A stretch of DNA of 63,850 bases, counting the filler, from Octopus bimaculoides (lineage: Eukaryota), in the NCBI RefSeq assembly GCF_001194135.2. It is 7 parts of 6 records of this genome, joined end to end, with 100 filler letters (N's around TTAATTAATTAA, not from the genome) between each part and the next. Parts side by side here need not be neighbours in the genome. Positions count along the whole stretch, not along the records: positions 44,319 to 58,061 come from NC_068983.1; positions 58,162 to 62,640 come from NC_068982.1; positions 62,741 to 63,850 come from NW_026333570.1; 4 more parts are not named here. The stretch is one strand, 5' to 3'. Both the position numbers and the translations under genes were made by a program. A model generated the notes under the pieces. That model did not search any database, was not told the origin of the DNA, and worked only from the letters and a program-made list of their open reading frames with translations. Numbering within the stretch: position 1 is the stretch's first letter; each line of letters begins with the position of its first letter. Shown piece after piece: positions 50,540-63,660 of the stretch.

Positions 50540-50960
50540 CTGTGTGGTTAAGATTTGCGACCACTTGGTTTCAGGTTCATTCCCACTGCAAAGCACCTTG
50601 GACAAATGTCTTCTACTACATCCATTGTCCAACCAATTCCTTGTTAGTGGTTTTGGTGGGTCGAAACTGAATGGAAGCTCTTCATTTTTGTGTATATATA
50701 TTATGAGTGCGTTTGTGTTTGTGTGTGTGTATATATATATATATATGAGTGTGTGTGTGTGTGAATATGTCTTTTTTTTAACCTAAGCACCGCTACACGA
50801 TCGTTGCTGGATCGTTTAAGTTCCTATGACGTTCCAGCAAAAGGTAGGATATAATAAATAGCAAACATTGAAATAAGTACTGGGACCAATTTGCTGGACT
50901 AAATCTTTTAAGGTGGTGTTCCAGCATGGTCGCAGTAGAATGACTGAAACAACTGAAAAT
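50540..50960. mobile_element. Degraded SINE family A pieces (head and 3' part)
   Basis: GGTTAAGATTTGC...GGTTCATTCCCACTGCAAAGCACCTTGGACAAATGTCTTCTAC and CCAGCATGGTCGCAG...AATGACTGAAACAA. Confidence 0.65.
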
Positions 50961-50972
50961 AAAAGATAAAGC

Positions 50973-51042
<70 letters not shown>

Positions 51043-51154
51043 ACACACACACACACATACACACACACATATGTATATATATGTATATATATATATTTGT
51101 ATATATATGTATGTATATATGTAAATATATGTATGTATATATATATACATATTC

Positions 51155-51324
51155 GCCTTGATAGATCGCTAGCCACTACATATTCTTTATTTTTTCTCCC
51201 TATTTCTTTCTGTGTTCCTTTCTGTTGAAGAGCGTAGGCGCGAAACGTTAAAAACTTTTTCACTTTCCGAGCGTTATACTAATACATCTGTTTTTTTTTA
51301 TCTACACCACCTGTCTTCGTCTTT

Positions 51325-51335
<11 letters not shown>
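51155..51335 (+). mobile_element. Putative PLE pseudo-LTR of a third family, with a hammerhead-like variant at 51219-51254
   Basis: TTT-CTGTTGA-A-GAGC(GTAG)GCGC-GAAAC-GTT-AAA. The downstream ACACCACCTGTC.TCGTC block also occurs inverted at about 34925-34985. Confidence 0.45.
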
Positions 51336-51361
<26 letters not shown>

Positions 51362-52150
51362 TCACATAAATGCATCTATATAAGTCCATTCCTCCATGCA
51401 TCCACTCATACATACACAATTACATACGTCTTCCTTCACTTTCATACACACATATGAACACACTACAGCAGGGCTGGGCAACCTGACGCCCGCATGCAGC
51501 CCGCAGACTTTTATCTTCCGACCCGTTTGATACTTTCTCGAAATGGATTTAATTAAATAGACATCTTTAAAATTTTATCAAAAATTAAAGATTTTAATGA
51601 AAAGTAAAAAAGAAAGATACTACTGTTTTTGCAACGGTAATATTTCATGCTGAATCAGCGATCATTCATTCATTATTGTAATAATAGCACGAGAAAGCAA
51701 AATGCTTTCAATTCTATCAGTATACAAGCGACCCTCAAAACACTTTCTGTGATTAAAGTGGTCCGCAATGTAATTCGAGTTGGCCTGTCCTGCACTACAG
51801 AAACATGAGCACACACATGCGTGGACAGACATTAACCTACACATGATACATCATGCTTTCATACACCCTTTCTTTCATCTACAACCACACACAAACACAC
51901 ACACACACACACACCCAGATCAATCACATTCAGAGACACAAATACACACACACAGTTATATTCATAAGCAGACACACCACGCATCACTTATTCCTGCATA
52001 CATTATTCATACATATGCACGTATACATTACATATATACTCCTCTGTGTATGTGTATTCACAAACATATATTCCTCTATGTATGTGTGTTCGTCCACGAT
52101 GGTCCAATCGTGGTAGTTGTTGATATTGCCCTCCTCGGTACCGACGCTAC

Positions 52151-53196
52151 TGCTGACCGTGTTTGTTGTGTTGATGACATCATATGGCCATCCATGAGGT
52201 TTCATGTGTGTGTGTTTGTGTGCATGGGTTCGCTTCGTACATATCCATGCCCTTTATATAGTTTTATTTTTTCATATTATCTATCTCTGTCTTACATTTA
52301 TCACAGGTGTGGTCTCTCCTATATAGGAGAGACTGCACGCAGCATAGGAGAATGTATAGGTGAATATTGGCGTGAGCTCAAAGAAGGAAAAAGCTCGCCA
52401 GTGCTCTACTAACATGCTCAGGCAGAACATTGAGGCTCGATTAATAGCACTGAGGTGAAAGTACTATCGACACATAGAACTGATACGACATTTAGACAGA
52501 TTATAGAAGCTACACACAAAGCTGTAGACAGATCGAGCCTCAATAGAAAACATGAATGGAACAGTAACACCGACCATCACACCACACCACATGACTAAAG
52601 ACAGTAGGGACGTGAAGAGAGAGGAGGGAAGGGGTAAAAAGGCAAAAAAAACTGTAAATAATGCACAGATACATACAGAGTAATACAGTAGACATATATG
52701 CACTTACCTGTGATACTTATGAGAAATAAAAATAGACGTATCAAATATATATATATATATATATATATAAGTAGATAAATAAATAGATAAATCGATAAAT
52801 AAACGAATATATCTATATATCTGCCACATACCTGTGATAAATGTAAGACAGAGATAGATAATATAAATAAATAACACTATATAAAGGGCATGGATACATA
52901 CGAAGCGAATCCATACACACGCAGACACACAAACACATGAAGCCTCATGGATGGCGGTATGATGTCAACAACACAACGAAAACGGTCAGCACACACACAC
53001 ACACACACACAACATAGAAACAAACGCATGCGCACATAAGGATTTACATCTTAGAAGAACAGAATGAAATAAGTGGAACAAGAACACACGGAAACGGAAA
53101 GTGTTGCTGAAGAGATCACAGAGGTGTGACGATCTATTTCCGGACAATGGACAGGCGTTAAAATAATAAAATAACAGTAATAACCGAACGAAGAAT

Positions 53197-53200
<4 letters not shown>
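52151..53200 (+). mobile_element. Penelope-like remnant: inverted partial pLTR, GIY-YIG C-terminus, pLTR
   Basis: 52151-52308 is an imperfect reverse complement of 52830-52991. Between them lie HRCGLSYIGETARSIGECIGEY...H and VKVLSTH...RQIIEA...LNRKHEW. Confidence 0.8.
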
Positions 53201-53255
<55 letters not shown>

Positions 53256-53920
53256 NNNNNNNNNNNNNNNNNNNNNNNNNNNNNNNNNNNNNNNNNNNNN
53301 NNNNNNNNNNNNNNNNNNNNNNNNNNNNNNNNNNNNNNNNNNNNNNNNNNNNNNNNNNNNNNNNNNNNNNNNNNNNNNNNNNNNNNNNNNNNNNNNNNNN
53401 NNNNNNNNNNNNNNNNNNNNNNNNNNNNNNNNNNNNNNNNNNNNNNNNNNNNNNNNNNNNNNNNNNNNNNNNNNNNNNNNNNNNNNNNNNNNNNNNNNNN
53501 NNNNNNNNNNNNNNNNNNNNNNNNNNNNNNNNNNNNNNNNNNNNNNNNNNNNNNNNNNNNNNNNNNNNNNNNNNNNNNNNNNNNNNNNNNNNNNNNNNNN
53601 NNNNNNNNNNNNNNNNNNNNNNNNNNNNNNNNNNNNNNNNNNNNNNNNNNNNNNNNNNNNNNNNNNNNNNNNNNNNNNNNNNNNNNNNNNNNNNNNNNNN
53701 NNNNNNNNNNNNNNNNNNNNNNNNNNNNNNNNNNNNNNNNNNNNNNNNNNNNNNNNNNNNNNNNNNNNNNNNNNNNNNNNNNNNNNNNNNNNNNNNNNNN
53801 NNNNNNNNNNNNNNNNNNNNNNNNNNNNNNNNNNNNNNNNNNNNNNNNNNNNNNNNNNNNNNNNNNNNNNNNNNNNNNNNNNNNNNNNNNNNNNNNNNNN
53901 NNNNNNNNNNNNNNNNNNNA

Positions 53921-53984
53921 ATCTTCTTCTTCTTCTTCTTCTTCTTCTTCTTCTTCTTCTTCTTCTTCTTCTTCTACTACTACA

Positions 53985-54038
<54 letters not shown>

Positions 54039-54078
54039 ACTGCTACTGCTGCTGCTGCTACAACTATCACCATCACCG

Positions 54079-54141
<63 letters not shown>

Positions 54142-54710
54142 TCACCACCACCTTTACAACTATCATATCCAGCACCTGACCAATATCGTCTGTGCTATTC
54201 CATCTGCATCCCGTTATCACTATCAGCATCATAGTGAGACTAGTATCAGTATGACCATCAACCGCCTTACCATCTCTACCACTACTACTACTTCCACTGC
54301 CACCATCTCTACCACCACCACCACCACAACAACTGCCTCCGCCGCTGCCTTTGCCGCGACCATTCCAAACAACGCAACACAACCACTACCACCACCACCA
54401 CCACCACCACCACCACCACCNNNNNNNNNNNNNNNNNNNNNNNNNNNNNNNNNNNNNNCACCAATCCACCAGTATTCATCTCCAGCTCAACCATCACAAT
54501 TATTATAGTGCTACCGACACACTATAATACCCCCAGCATCATCAGATCTCTCTGCCTCGTCGCCATCTCACCACGATATATGCACCACCGCCGCCACCAC
54601 CATCACCACCACCACCACCATCACCACCACCACCACCTCTATTACTGCCGCTGCCGAGGCCGCCGCTGCTGCAGCCGACACAACCGCCGCCATCGTTACA
54701 ACACCACGTC
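53921..54710. repeat. Compound trinucleotide microsatellites (TTC, CTA, CTG, CCA, CCG)
   Basis: Directly visible. Confidence 0.95.
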
Positions 54711-54994
54711 ATTTTCTTCTGCATCTAAACAGAACCTATTCGGCTGACAGCTATTGATTAGAAATTTGTCAGTTGTGATAACAGGGTTAAATTCAGTCTG
54801 TCATAAACAGCATTAATTATAAGAAAGCTGTTTAATGTTACAGTTTCTGATTATTGAACTGTGCTGTGTGTAGTCCTTCATTCCATTCACCCAACTACTT
54901 TGTCAAGTCGAAAAAGAAACAAATCATATACGCATACACGAAAACATATACATACATACATACATATACATACATTCATATGTATATATATATA

Positions 54995-55038
<44 letters not shown>

Positions 55039-55335
55039 TATCTAAGCGTATATGTAAAAATAAAATGCAAAAAACAGAATATGACAGACAATAAAAGTGA
55101 ATATAAAATTATACATATAAAAGAAAAAAAATACTGCTGTCAGCATATTAAAGCATAAAATGAGAAATGACAGTTGATCGCAGACAATATGTTAGCACTG
55201 TTTGTTTGAACATTGCAGTAATGAGTTGAAAGGAAAGGAAACGGGAAAGAAAATACAAAAAAAAAAAAAATAAAATAAAATAAACGACATGAGGATAAAC
55301 GACAAAAAATTTTTAAAAAATACTTTTATTGATTT

Positions 55336-55400
<65 letters not shown>

Positions 55401-55547
55401 TTATTATTATTATTATTATCTCCTTCGTCGTCATCAGCGCCGTCTTCGGCTTCATCGTCGTTACGATGTTTATGCTATTATCCCTGTATGTATAGTTTAT
55501 TTATTTATTTTTACTGCATAACCACGTTTATGTTGGTGCGCCATTCC

Positions 55548-55633
<86 letters not shown>

Positions 55634-56074
55634 TTTATATTTTTTGTAAATTTTGTTGTATAATTATAAATTTCCGTGTGATATGCCTGCAATGCAATCT
55701 AGCACTACATAATATATATCTGTATGNNNNNNNNNNNNNNNNNNNNNNNNNNNNNNNNNNNNNNNNNNNNNNNNNNNNNNNNNNNNNNNNNNNNNNNNNN
55801 NNNNNNNNNNNNNNNNNNNNNNNNNNNNNNNNNNNNNNNNNNNNNNNNNNNNNNNNNNNNNNNNNNNNNNNNNNNNNNNNNNNNNNNNNNNNNNNNNNNN
55901 NNNNNNNNNNNNNNNNNTATATATATATATATATGTATATATAACATATCCACACACATACGGACGCACATGCACACACATACATGCATACGTATACAGA
56001 TTCATATCTCAATCCATATACCTGTACGTCTCGCTGTATAGTAAAGTGTATATAAATGTTGAAGTATTTTGGTT

Positions 56075-56106
<32 letters not shown>

Positions 56107-56999
56107 ATGCATAAAGTCTGCACCCCCTTCGCATATACACAATCACACAAGAACCACACATACATGTAAACATATATCTCTGCATGCCTTACACACATAC
56201 GCATACACATGTACATATCTTAGAATATACGTGCTTTTCCGTCTTAGAACATTTCATTAACTCACCAACCAACTTCCGGTCAGTCAACTGCCTGCATATA
56301 GACTAGTTTTAAGTGTACATTTTTGGGGGATTGCACTTTTATTTTGCATTCTTCTATTTTCATTCTACACAACTATTCCAAAGAAGGATCAATGTCCGAA
56401 GTATGATGACAATTAACTGTTTCCATTTTTCCAAGAGTGAAGGCAACGAATTTAATCGTAAGCTAATCGCTAACATCTTGTATTTTATTTTCTATTTTTG
56501 TTTTTGTTCTTGTCTCTCTTCCTCTCCATCACTCCAGATCTGATTCTTTCTCTTTCTCTTCTCTCTCTAGTGAGGGTGAGAGAGGGAGAGAAAGACACAG
56601 AGAATGAGATTGACTGACACTCAAATACAAGAATATAGAATACATGCAACATAAATTTTTTGCTTTATTAAAATTATCACTGTCTTTAGAGGACGTGTCA
56701 TTATAGCCAAATGTCAAATGAGACAAGCTCCATATGGGAAGGAGAAATAATCTTAAGAATCAAGAATTCTCCAAAGTTGACATTCCATTAAGAAAAAGAA
56801 TTGGTTTATTGTCTGGAGATAAAGAGGACACCTGTGGACACTTGCTTCTGCCTTAATAGGCGTCATTAGCATGACGACTTTCCAGCATTATCTGTGGCTA
56901 TGCGGCTACATCGCTTTGAAGAATATTAATAGAATCAATCGCCCCTATTATTTAATTTTTTAAGCCTTGTACTTATTCTATCGCTCTTTTTGACCGAAT

Positions 57000-57185
57000 C
57001 GCTGATGAGGGGGAAAAAAACGGTATTTCGTCTTTCTTTACGTGCTGAGTTCAAATTCCGCCGAGGTCGACTTTGCCTTTCATCCTTTCAGGGTCGATAA
57101 ATTAAGTACTAGCGAAACACTGGGGTCAATGAAATCGACTAGTCCTCTCCCACAATATTTCAAGGCCTTGTGCTTTCAGTAGAAG
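57000..57185 (+). mobile_element. SINE family C
   Basis: B box GAGTTCAAATTCC, then GTCGACTTTGCCTTTCATCCTTTCAGGGTCGATAAATTAAGTAC. Confidence 0.85.
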
Positions 57186-57662
57186 GAATTATTTAATTCT
57201 CCACCCATCGCTGTGTTTCAATATGTGACTCACATAAGAGCTAAAGATAAATTTTATTCAAAATATACACTTCACTATACATACATCCATTAAAACACGA
57301 GAGCCTTCTATGAAAAATCAGAAGTTAATTTATATAACTACTAGGGTAGAAACTTCTAAGGTCGTGTTTATCTAGATATACATCGTCATATGTCAATCTA
57401 AACTATTGGCTAAACTGGCAACATAAAAATCTCCAAATACAACAATATCTGTTTCAACACACGATTTCACATCAAGAATCTTGCAAAACAAATATATAAA
57501 CGGAACATATATATATATATGTATATNNNNNNNNNNNNNNNNNNNNNNNNNNNNNNNNNNNNNNNNNNNNNNNNNNNNNNNNNNNNNNNNNNNNNNNNNN
57601 NNNNNNNNNNNNNNNNNNNNNNNNNNNNNNNNNNNNNNNNNNNNNNNNNNNNNNNNNNNNNN

Positions 57663-57739
<77 letters not shown>

Positions 57740-58161
57740 GCACATATTTATATGTATACATATATACATACATATACATATATGTACAGACATATATATA
57801 TACATAGATACATATACATGTATATACATGTGTATGTATGTGTATATATATGTATATCTTTCTGTGTATCTGTGTGTGTGTAATATTAAGGGTACCGAAG
57901 AGGCACCACCATGCCAGGAATAGCAGTCAAACTGACTCTGGAACTACATCATACATATAAAGCGCAGGTGAAAAGATAATGAACAAATAAATTAGCAAAA
58001 AATGAATGGTTGACACCTGACCGACGATTTCGGGCTTATATATATATATATATATATATATNNNNNNNNNNNNNNNNNNNNNNNNNNNNNNNNNNNNNNN
58101 NNNNNTTAATTAATTAANNNNNNNNNNNNNNNNNNNNNNNNNNNNNNNNNNNNNNNNNNNN

Positions 58162-58545
58162 CTTTGTACATTGGGCCTCACCGAGGCGATGACTACGGAC
58201 CGAGACCTTTGGAAATGTGCTGTGCGTGAGAAGACCCGGCAAGCCAAGTAAGATCGTTGCCAGTGCCCTTGGACTGGCTCTTGTGCGGGTGGCACATAAA
58301 AGACACCATTTCGAGTGTGGCCGTTGCCAGTATCGCCTGACTGGCCTTCGTGCAGGTGACACGTAAAAGCACCTACTACACTCTCTGAGTGGTTGGCGTT
58401 AGGAAGGGCATCCAGCTGTAGAAACTTTGCCAAATTTAGATTGGAGCCTGGTGTTGCCATCCAGTTTCACCAGTCCTCAGTCAAGTCGTCCAACCCATGC
58501 TAGCATGGAAAGCGGACGTTAAACGATGATGATGATGATGATGAT
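58162..58545 (+). mobile_element. (GAT)n-tailed SINE/retroposon family B
   Basis: GGCGTTAGGAAGGGCATCCAGCTGTAGAA...GCATGGAAAGCGGACGTTAAAC(GAT)n. Confidence 0.9.
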
Positions 58546-59384
58546 GACACACACACATATAAATATAAAAAAGCAATAGTATATATATGCATATATAAAT
58601 ATATATATATACACACACACACAAATGCATTCAGATACATACTTATATAGATATATACATGTACATGTGTGTATATGTGGATATGTTTCTCCATGTATAT
58701 ATATTTATCTGTATGCATATGTGAGTTCCCATGTGTGTGTGTGTAAGTGCGAGTCTTTGTGCACGTGTATGTGCTTGCTATTCATGCATCCATATGTAAA
58801 CGCTCGCACGCGTATATGTACCAAGTTTGAGTACATTACACAAACATAATGCAAACTCAATACTTAAAAATACATCCCGATGCATTCAATTTAAGAAAAA
58901 CTGATAAAAATTGAAGCCATATAAATAAACATATATAAACAGAAAAAAAAATATGATAGTGGAGTGTCGTTGACTAACAGAATTTATTCTAACTCTGTTA
59001 GTCAACAACATGATGTAGTATATATGTACGAAGCATTCGGTCAAATCTCATTCCTAGTCTCACCTCATCAAAAGTTGTTCTACTTATCATTAACTGTTAA
59101 ACATTTAGATTTATAAATTCTATTAGATATTGCTCCACTAGCAATGGGGTCAGTTGCACTACAAATTCAGAGAGTAAAATGTCCTTCTAGCTGACAACAG
59201 AAGGTAAGCAGAGTTGAATTAGGTTAAGAAATAGTTTTATAGAGTGTGAGATAGTCTGGGTCTAATTTAATGAAATTAATTTTCCTTTGGGGGAAAATTG
59301 ATGCAGTTCAAGGATGCAATGAGTGATATTGTTATGCAAAGATTAACTGCAGCAGTCTTTCGTATGTAAATGTTTGTAATTGGT

Positions 59385-59478
59385 GATAATTGCAAATGAT
59401 AATTGTAATGATGATGGTGGTGGTGATGGTGGTGATGGTGGTGGTGGTTGTGGTGGTCGTGGCGATGAGAATGATGGA

Positions 59479-59514
<36 letters not shown>

Positions 59515-59542
59515 CGTGTTGGTGTGGTAGTGGTGGTGGTGG

Positions 59543-59586
<44 letters not shown>

Positions 59587-59619
59587 GTGTTGGTGTGGCA
59601 GTGGTGGTGGTGGTGGTGG

Positions 59620-59658
<39 letters not shown>

Positions 59659-59715
59659 GGTTGATGATGATGATGATGATGATCACGATCATGATGATAA
59701 TGACAACGATGATGG
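59385..59715. repeat. Compound GAT/GGT microsatellite
   Basis: Directly visible. Confidence 0.95.
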
Positions 59716-59734
59716 TACAATAATAATTTGATAT

Positions 59735-59865
59735 AGTTCCACTGGGGTTGACTCTGCCTTTCATCCTTTTAGGGGGTTGATAAAATAAAGTACCAGTTGA
59801 ATCGGGGTCAATGTAATTGAATTACCCTTCCCTGAAATTGCTGGCCTTGTGCCAAAATTTAAAAT
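59735..59865 (+). mobile_element. SINE family C central domain fragment
   Basis: GTTGACTCTGCCTTTCATCCTTTTAGGGGGTTGATAAAATAAGTACCAG. Confidence 0.75.
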
Positions 59866-60689
59866 CGATAATGATTAGACATAGATTAATATCTTGGCCA
59901 AGAGACGCTGACTGAAACTTGTAGGAAAAACAACAGGTTGCTAAGTGCCTAGTGTTGTTTAGTTTTGTCCTTCTTTATTCTGTGTTGAAACCTTGCCAGG
60001 ATTAACTTCATCTTTCATTCTTCTGAGGATAGATAAATAAATACCTGTTGTGTAGTGAAGTCAGCTCAATTGGCTCTACCTCACCTCATTCATAACAATT
60101 AATGGCCAAGTTCCAATGTGACAAAGCAATATTGTTGTCAAGGGTTACATTTCCTTTTCTTTTTCCTTTGTATTTTCAAGCATATTTAACTGTCTCCAAA
60201 GAAACAAGAACATAGGTAATTTCGTGAATATAAATAGTTGCCTCAAAGGAGATGTTAGAATTTCAAACAAGGTGTCTTGTGCAGAGGAAAAAAAAACAAA
60301 AAAAGAAAAGCTTAAGTAGCATGAATTAAATTAAGATGTTTTGAGGATAAAATTACCATATCAGGAGATGTAAAAGACCACATATCTTGAAGTAGATGGC
60401 TATATATGTTTTATTATTTCCTTTACTGTTGTTGTACAGTGATGAGTTTTAGCATTTGCATATATAAAATACCTTGAAATATTTCATGATATATGCTGCT
60501 AGAGTAAAAAATGCAAAATCCTACAAGGGAAGCAATCAGTTAAAAATTGCAAGAATTCAAAGAGACAGATGGTGGTCTGTGCCAATAAGAATTAACACAA
60601 TAAGTGCAATGACAACAACAATGACAATTATATGTATTATGTTGGTGAGGGCAAAGGAAATATGGGTGGTGTGGGTAAATGCAAGTGGA

Positions 60690-61219
60690 GCTAGGTGGTA
60701 AGAAGTGTGATTTCTAACCGCAAACTTTCAGGTTCAGTCCCACACCATGGCACCTTGGGCAAGTGTCTTTTACTATAGTCTTGGGTCAACCAAAGCCTTG
60801 TGAGTAGATTTGGTAGTCAGAAACTGAAAAAAACCCATCATACATGTATATATATANNNNNNNNNNNNNNNNNNNNNNNNNNNNNNNNNNNNNNNNNNNN
60901 NNNNNNNNNNNNNNNNNNNNNNNNNNNNNNNNNNNNNNNNNNNNNNNNNNNNNNNNNNNNNNNNNNNNNNNNNNNNNNNNNNNNNNNNNNNNNNNNNNNN
61001 NNNNNNNNNNNNNNNNNNNNNNNNNNNNNNNNNNNNNNNNNNNNNNNNNNNATATATATGCGCAGGAGTGGCTGTGTGGTAAGTAGCTTGCTTACCAACC
61101 ACATGGTTTTGGGCTCAGTCCCACTGTGTGGCACCTTGGGCAAGTGTCTTCTACTATAGCCTCAGGCTGACCAAAGCCTTGTGAGTGGATTCGGTAGACG
61201 GAAACTGAAAGAGGCCTGT

Positions 61220-61256
<37 letters not shown>

Positions 61257-61485
61257 ATATGTATATGTGTGTGTGTGTATGTGATTTTGTGTCTGTGTTT
61301 GTCCCCCCACCAGCGCTTGACAACCAATGTTGGTGTGTTTACGTCCCCGGTTCGGTAAAAGAGACCGATAGAATAAGTACTAGGCTTACAAAGAATAAGT
61401 CCTGGGGTCGATTTGTTCGACTAAAAGGTGGTGCTCCAGCATGGCCGCAGTCAAATAACTGAAACAAGTAAAAGAATAAAAGAAT
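60690..61485 (+). mobile_element. Two SINE family A copies: head 60690-60845 and full-length 61063-61485
   Basis: GGAGTGGCTGTGTGGTAAG head, internal TA/TG microsatellite, tail GAAACAAGTAAAAGAATAAAAG. Confidence 0.9.
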
Positions 61486-61557
61486 ATATAATATGATATA
61501 AGGAAAATGGAGAGTTTGAACACAGAAAACATGAATTCCTTTATATAATAGTCAATT

Positions 61558-61706
61558 TCATATCACCTGTGTACATTTCAATTTCTCCTCTTCGTTCATA
61601 TTTTGCAATTCAGATTGCATTATGCATTTAAAAGGTAAAAATCTCTTCAGGGCAAAAATTGACAAATATTCATTCACATCCCAATGGATGGAGAATTGCT
61701 TACAGT
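61558..61706 (-). CDS. SLC23A: Probable terminal coding exon of the SLC23-family transporter
   Basis: Phase-1 acceptor TATCTCAG|AC matches the phase of the upstream exon. FSIHWDVNEYLSIFALKRFLPF aligns by eye with vertebrate SVCT YNLPFGMN...YLP, and the C-terminus CTQVI resembles the SVCT1 end CTKV (recalled from memory). Confidence 0.55.
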
Positions 61707-61854
61707 CTGAGATAGCAACATGCCTTTGTGTGTTTGTGTTTGTCAGCATGTGAGTCTTTTGGATTCCTTTCTAAAACTATCTTGAGGTTAAAGTATGACC
61801 TCAGTGGACTATGGTTAGTTGTAGTTCTGAGATTGTAGTTCTGTAGTTTTAAAA

Positions 61855-62200
61855 ATAGATGTCCATTACAAAAATTTTTGTAGAGAAAAAAGTATAATAT
61901 AAAGTCAGGGGGCAGGATTACTACTATATAGGCTTCACAGAAAATTATATAAAAGAATAGCCAACCATGAGAGCACTTTTAGAGATAAGAGGGAAAATGC
62001 TAGCACTAGTTTAAGTAGATTAATTTGGGAAATTAAGTACAAAAATAAGGAATATACACTGAAGTAGGAAATAATTAGCAGGGTAAAATCTTATAGCATT
62101 GGAAGCTAAGGGTGTGACTTATGCATTGAGGAAATTTTCCAGATCATTACATCCAAGCACAAATTAATCAACAATAAAAGGGAAAGATGTTTTAATTGCC
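61855..62200 (+). mobile_element. Degraded PLE GIY-YIG endonuclease fragment
   Basis: YYYIGFTEN...NHESTF...STSLSRLIWEIK...GCDLCIEE, related to 6440-6700. Confidence 0.75.
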
Positions 62201-62304
62201 CACATAGGATTAAATATACATTTAATAAATTCAAATAAATAAAATTCAGTAGACGTTATAGGAATAGGTATATCTGGTAATTCCAAACAAATATAAATAA
62301 ATAG

Positions 62305-62466
62305 GTATTCATCATCATCGTTTAACGTCCGCTTTCCATGCTAGCATGGGTTGGACGATTTGACTGAGGACTGGTGAAACCGGATGGCAACACCAGGCTC
62401 CAATCTAATTTGGCAGAGTTTCTACAGCTGGATGCCCTTCCTAACGCCAACCACTCAGAGAGTGTA
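62305..62466 (-). mobile_element. Family B retroposon 3' fragment (intronic)
   Basis: CATCATCATCGTTTAACGTCCGCTTTCCATGCTAGC...CCAACCACTCAGAGAGTGT. Confidence 0.9.
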
Positions 62467-62753
62467 TTATGTGAATAAATTAATATCTAGAACTAATGAT
62501 TCTATATTAATCAAATAGAGGAATACACATTGAAACCTTTACTATCAGCCAATGTATCAAGATTTAACAATTGTATTAAATAAATGAGGGATAAAGAACT
62601 TGTTATATTTATAAGGGAAAATAAACATATGTGTTAACATNNNNNNNNNNNNNNNNNNNNNNNNNNNNNNNNNNNNNNNNNNNNTTAATTAATTAANNNN
62701 NNNNNNNNNNNNNNNNNNNNNNNNNNNNNNNNNNNNNNNNAGAACATTCTTAC

Positions 62754-62849
62754 CTGGGATTGTGTTGTCTAAAACGAACCCAATAAAACCCCCAACAAAC
62801 ATATTGGAACCCAGAAGTACTCCAAGAACTTGGTCCAGTTCAGAATTTC
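62754..62849 (-). CDS. SLC23A: Internal 96-bp exon of an SLC23A1/2-like nucleobase-ascorbate transporter (last TM helix)
   Basis: TTTTCTCAG|GA...CCA G|GTAAGA, phase 1-1. Encodes (G)NSELDQVLGVLLGSNMFVGGFIGFVLDNTIPG, matching the SVCT motif DQ.L.VLL.T.MFVGG...F.LDNTIPG. Confidence 0.92.
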
Positions 62850-63079
62850 CTGAGAAAATAAGAATTTCAGAACTGAAATCTGTTAATCTTTGGATGATGG
62901 ATTTTGGTAAAATTGTTAATCTGACATTCAATATATTTAATGGCTGGAATATGTTAGCTAGAAATATATATGGAACGAGAGAGAGAGAGAGAGAGAGAGA
63001 CTGATAAGCAGACAAGTAAACAGTCAGGTAGATACATAGGTATATAGATAGATAATTAGATAGACAGACAGACAGATAA

Positions 63080-63116
<37 letters not shown>

Positions 63117-63239
63117 CAGAGACTGATAGACAAATAAACAGACAGATAGGTTGTAGATAGGATTTTTTCTGCAAAGTCCACCAGGTCCTGTCTTCGTATG
63201 CATTGTTGGGCAAGCCCTTATATTCTAAGTAACCAATGG

Positions 63240-63660
63240 TTGGGGTTCCTGACAGGTGCTACCACTCTAGATCAGAGCAGATCTGAGAACAATAATAACC
63301 AATATGGGTTCCAGAGTCCTCAATACCCTAGAGCTCCTGAACTAGGGCCCCACGACCAGGTGCAGTTTAAGGTCATACGGAGGAGTGTTTATTGAGTGAA
63401 AACATCTAAAGCTCCACGAGGCTCCAGCAAGGGCTGGTGGCGAACCCTGCTGTATCCTTTTACCACAACTTTCTCTCACTCTTTCTTCCTATTTCTGTCA
63501 TTCAAAGGGCCAGCCTTGTCACGCTGAATCTCCCCGAGAACTACGTTAAGGGTGCACGTGTCTGTGGAGTGCTCAGCCACTTGCACGTTAATTTCACGAG
63601 CAGGCTGTTCCGTTGATCGGATCAACTGGAACCCTCGTCGTCATAACCAACAGAGGGCCA
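63240..63660. mobile_element. Interspersed repeats, including the family D SINE 3' part at about 63500-63660
   Basis: 63520-63650 matches 8160-8290. The upstream part looks like another repeat but its class is unresolved. Confidence 0.6.

Noticed and set aside
53100-53145. CTGAAGAGATCAC...GTGAC within the 52-53 kb pLTR as a hammerhead
   Set aside because: The GAAA half of the core is absent in this copy, so it cannot be supported without a consensus.
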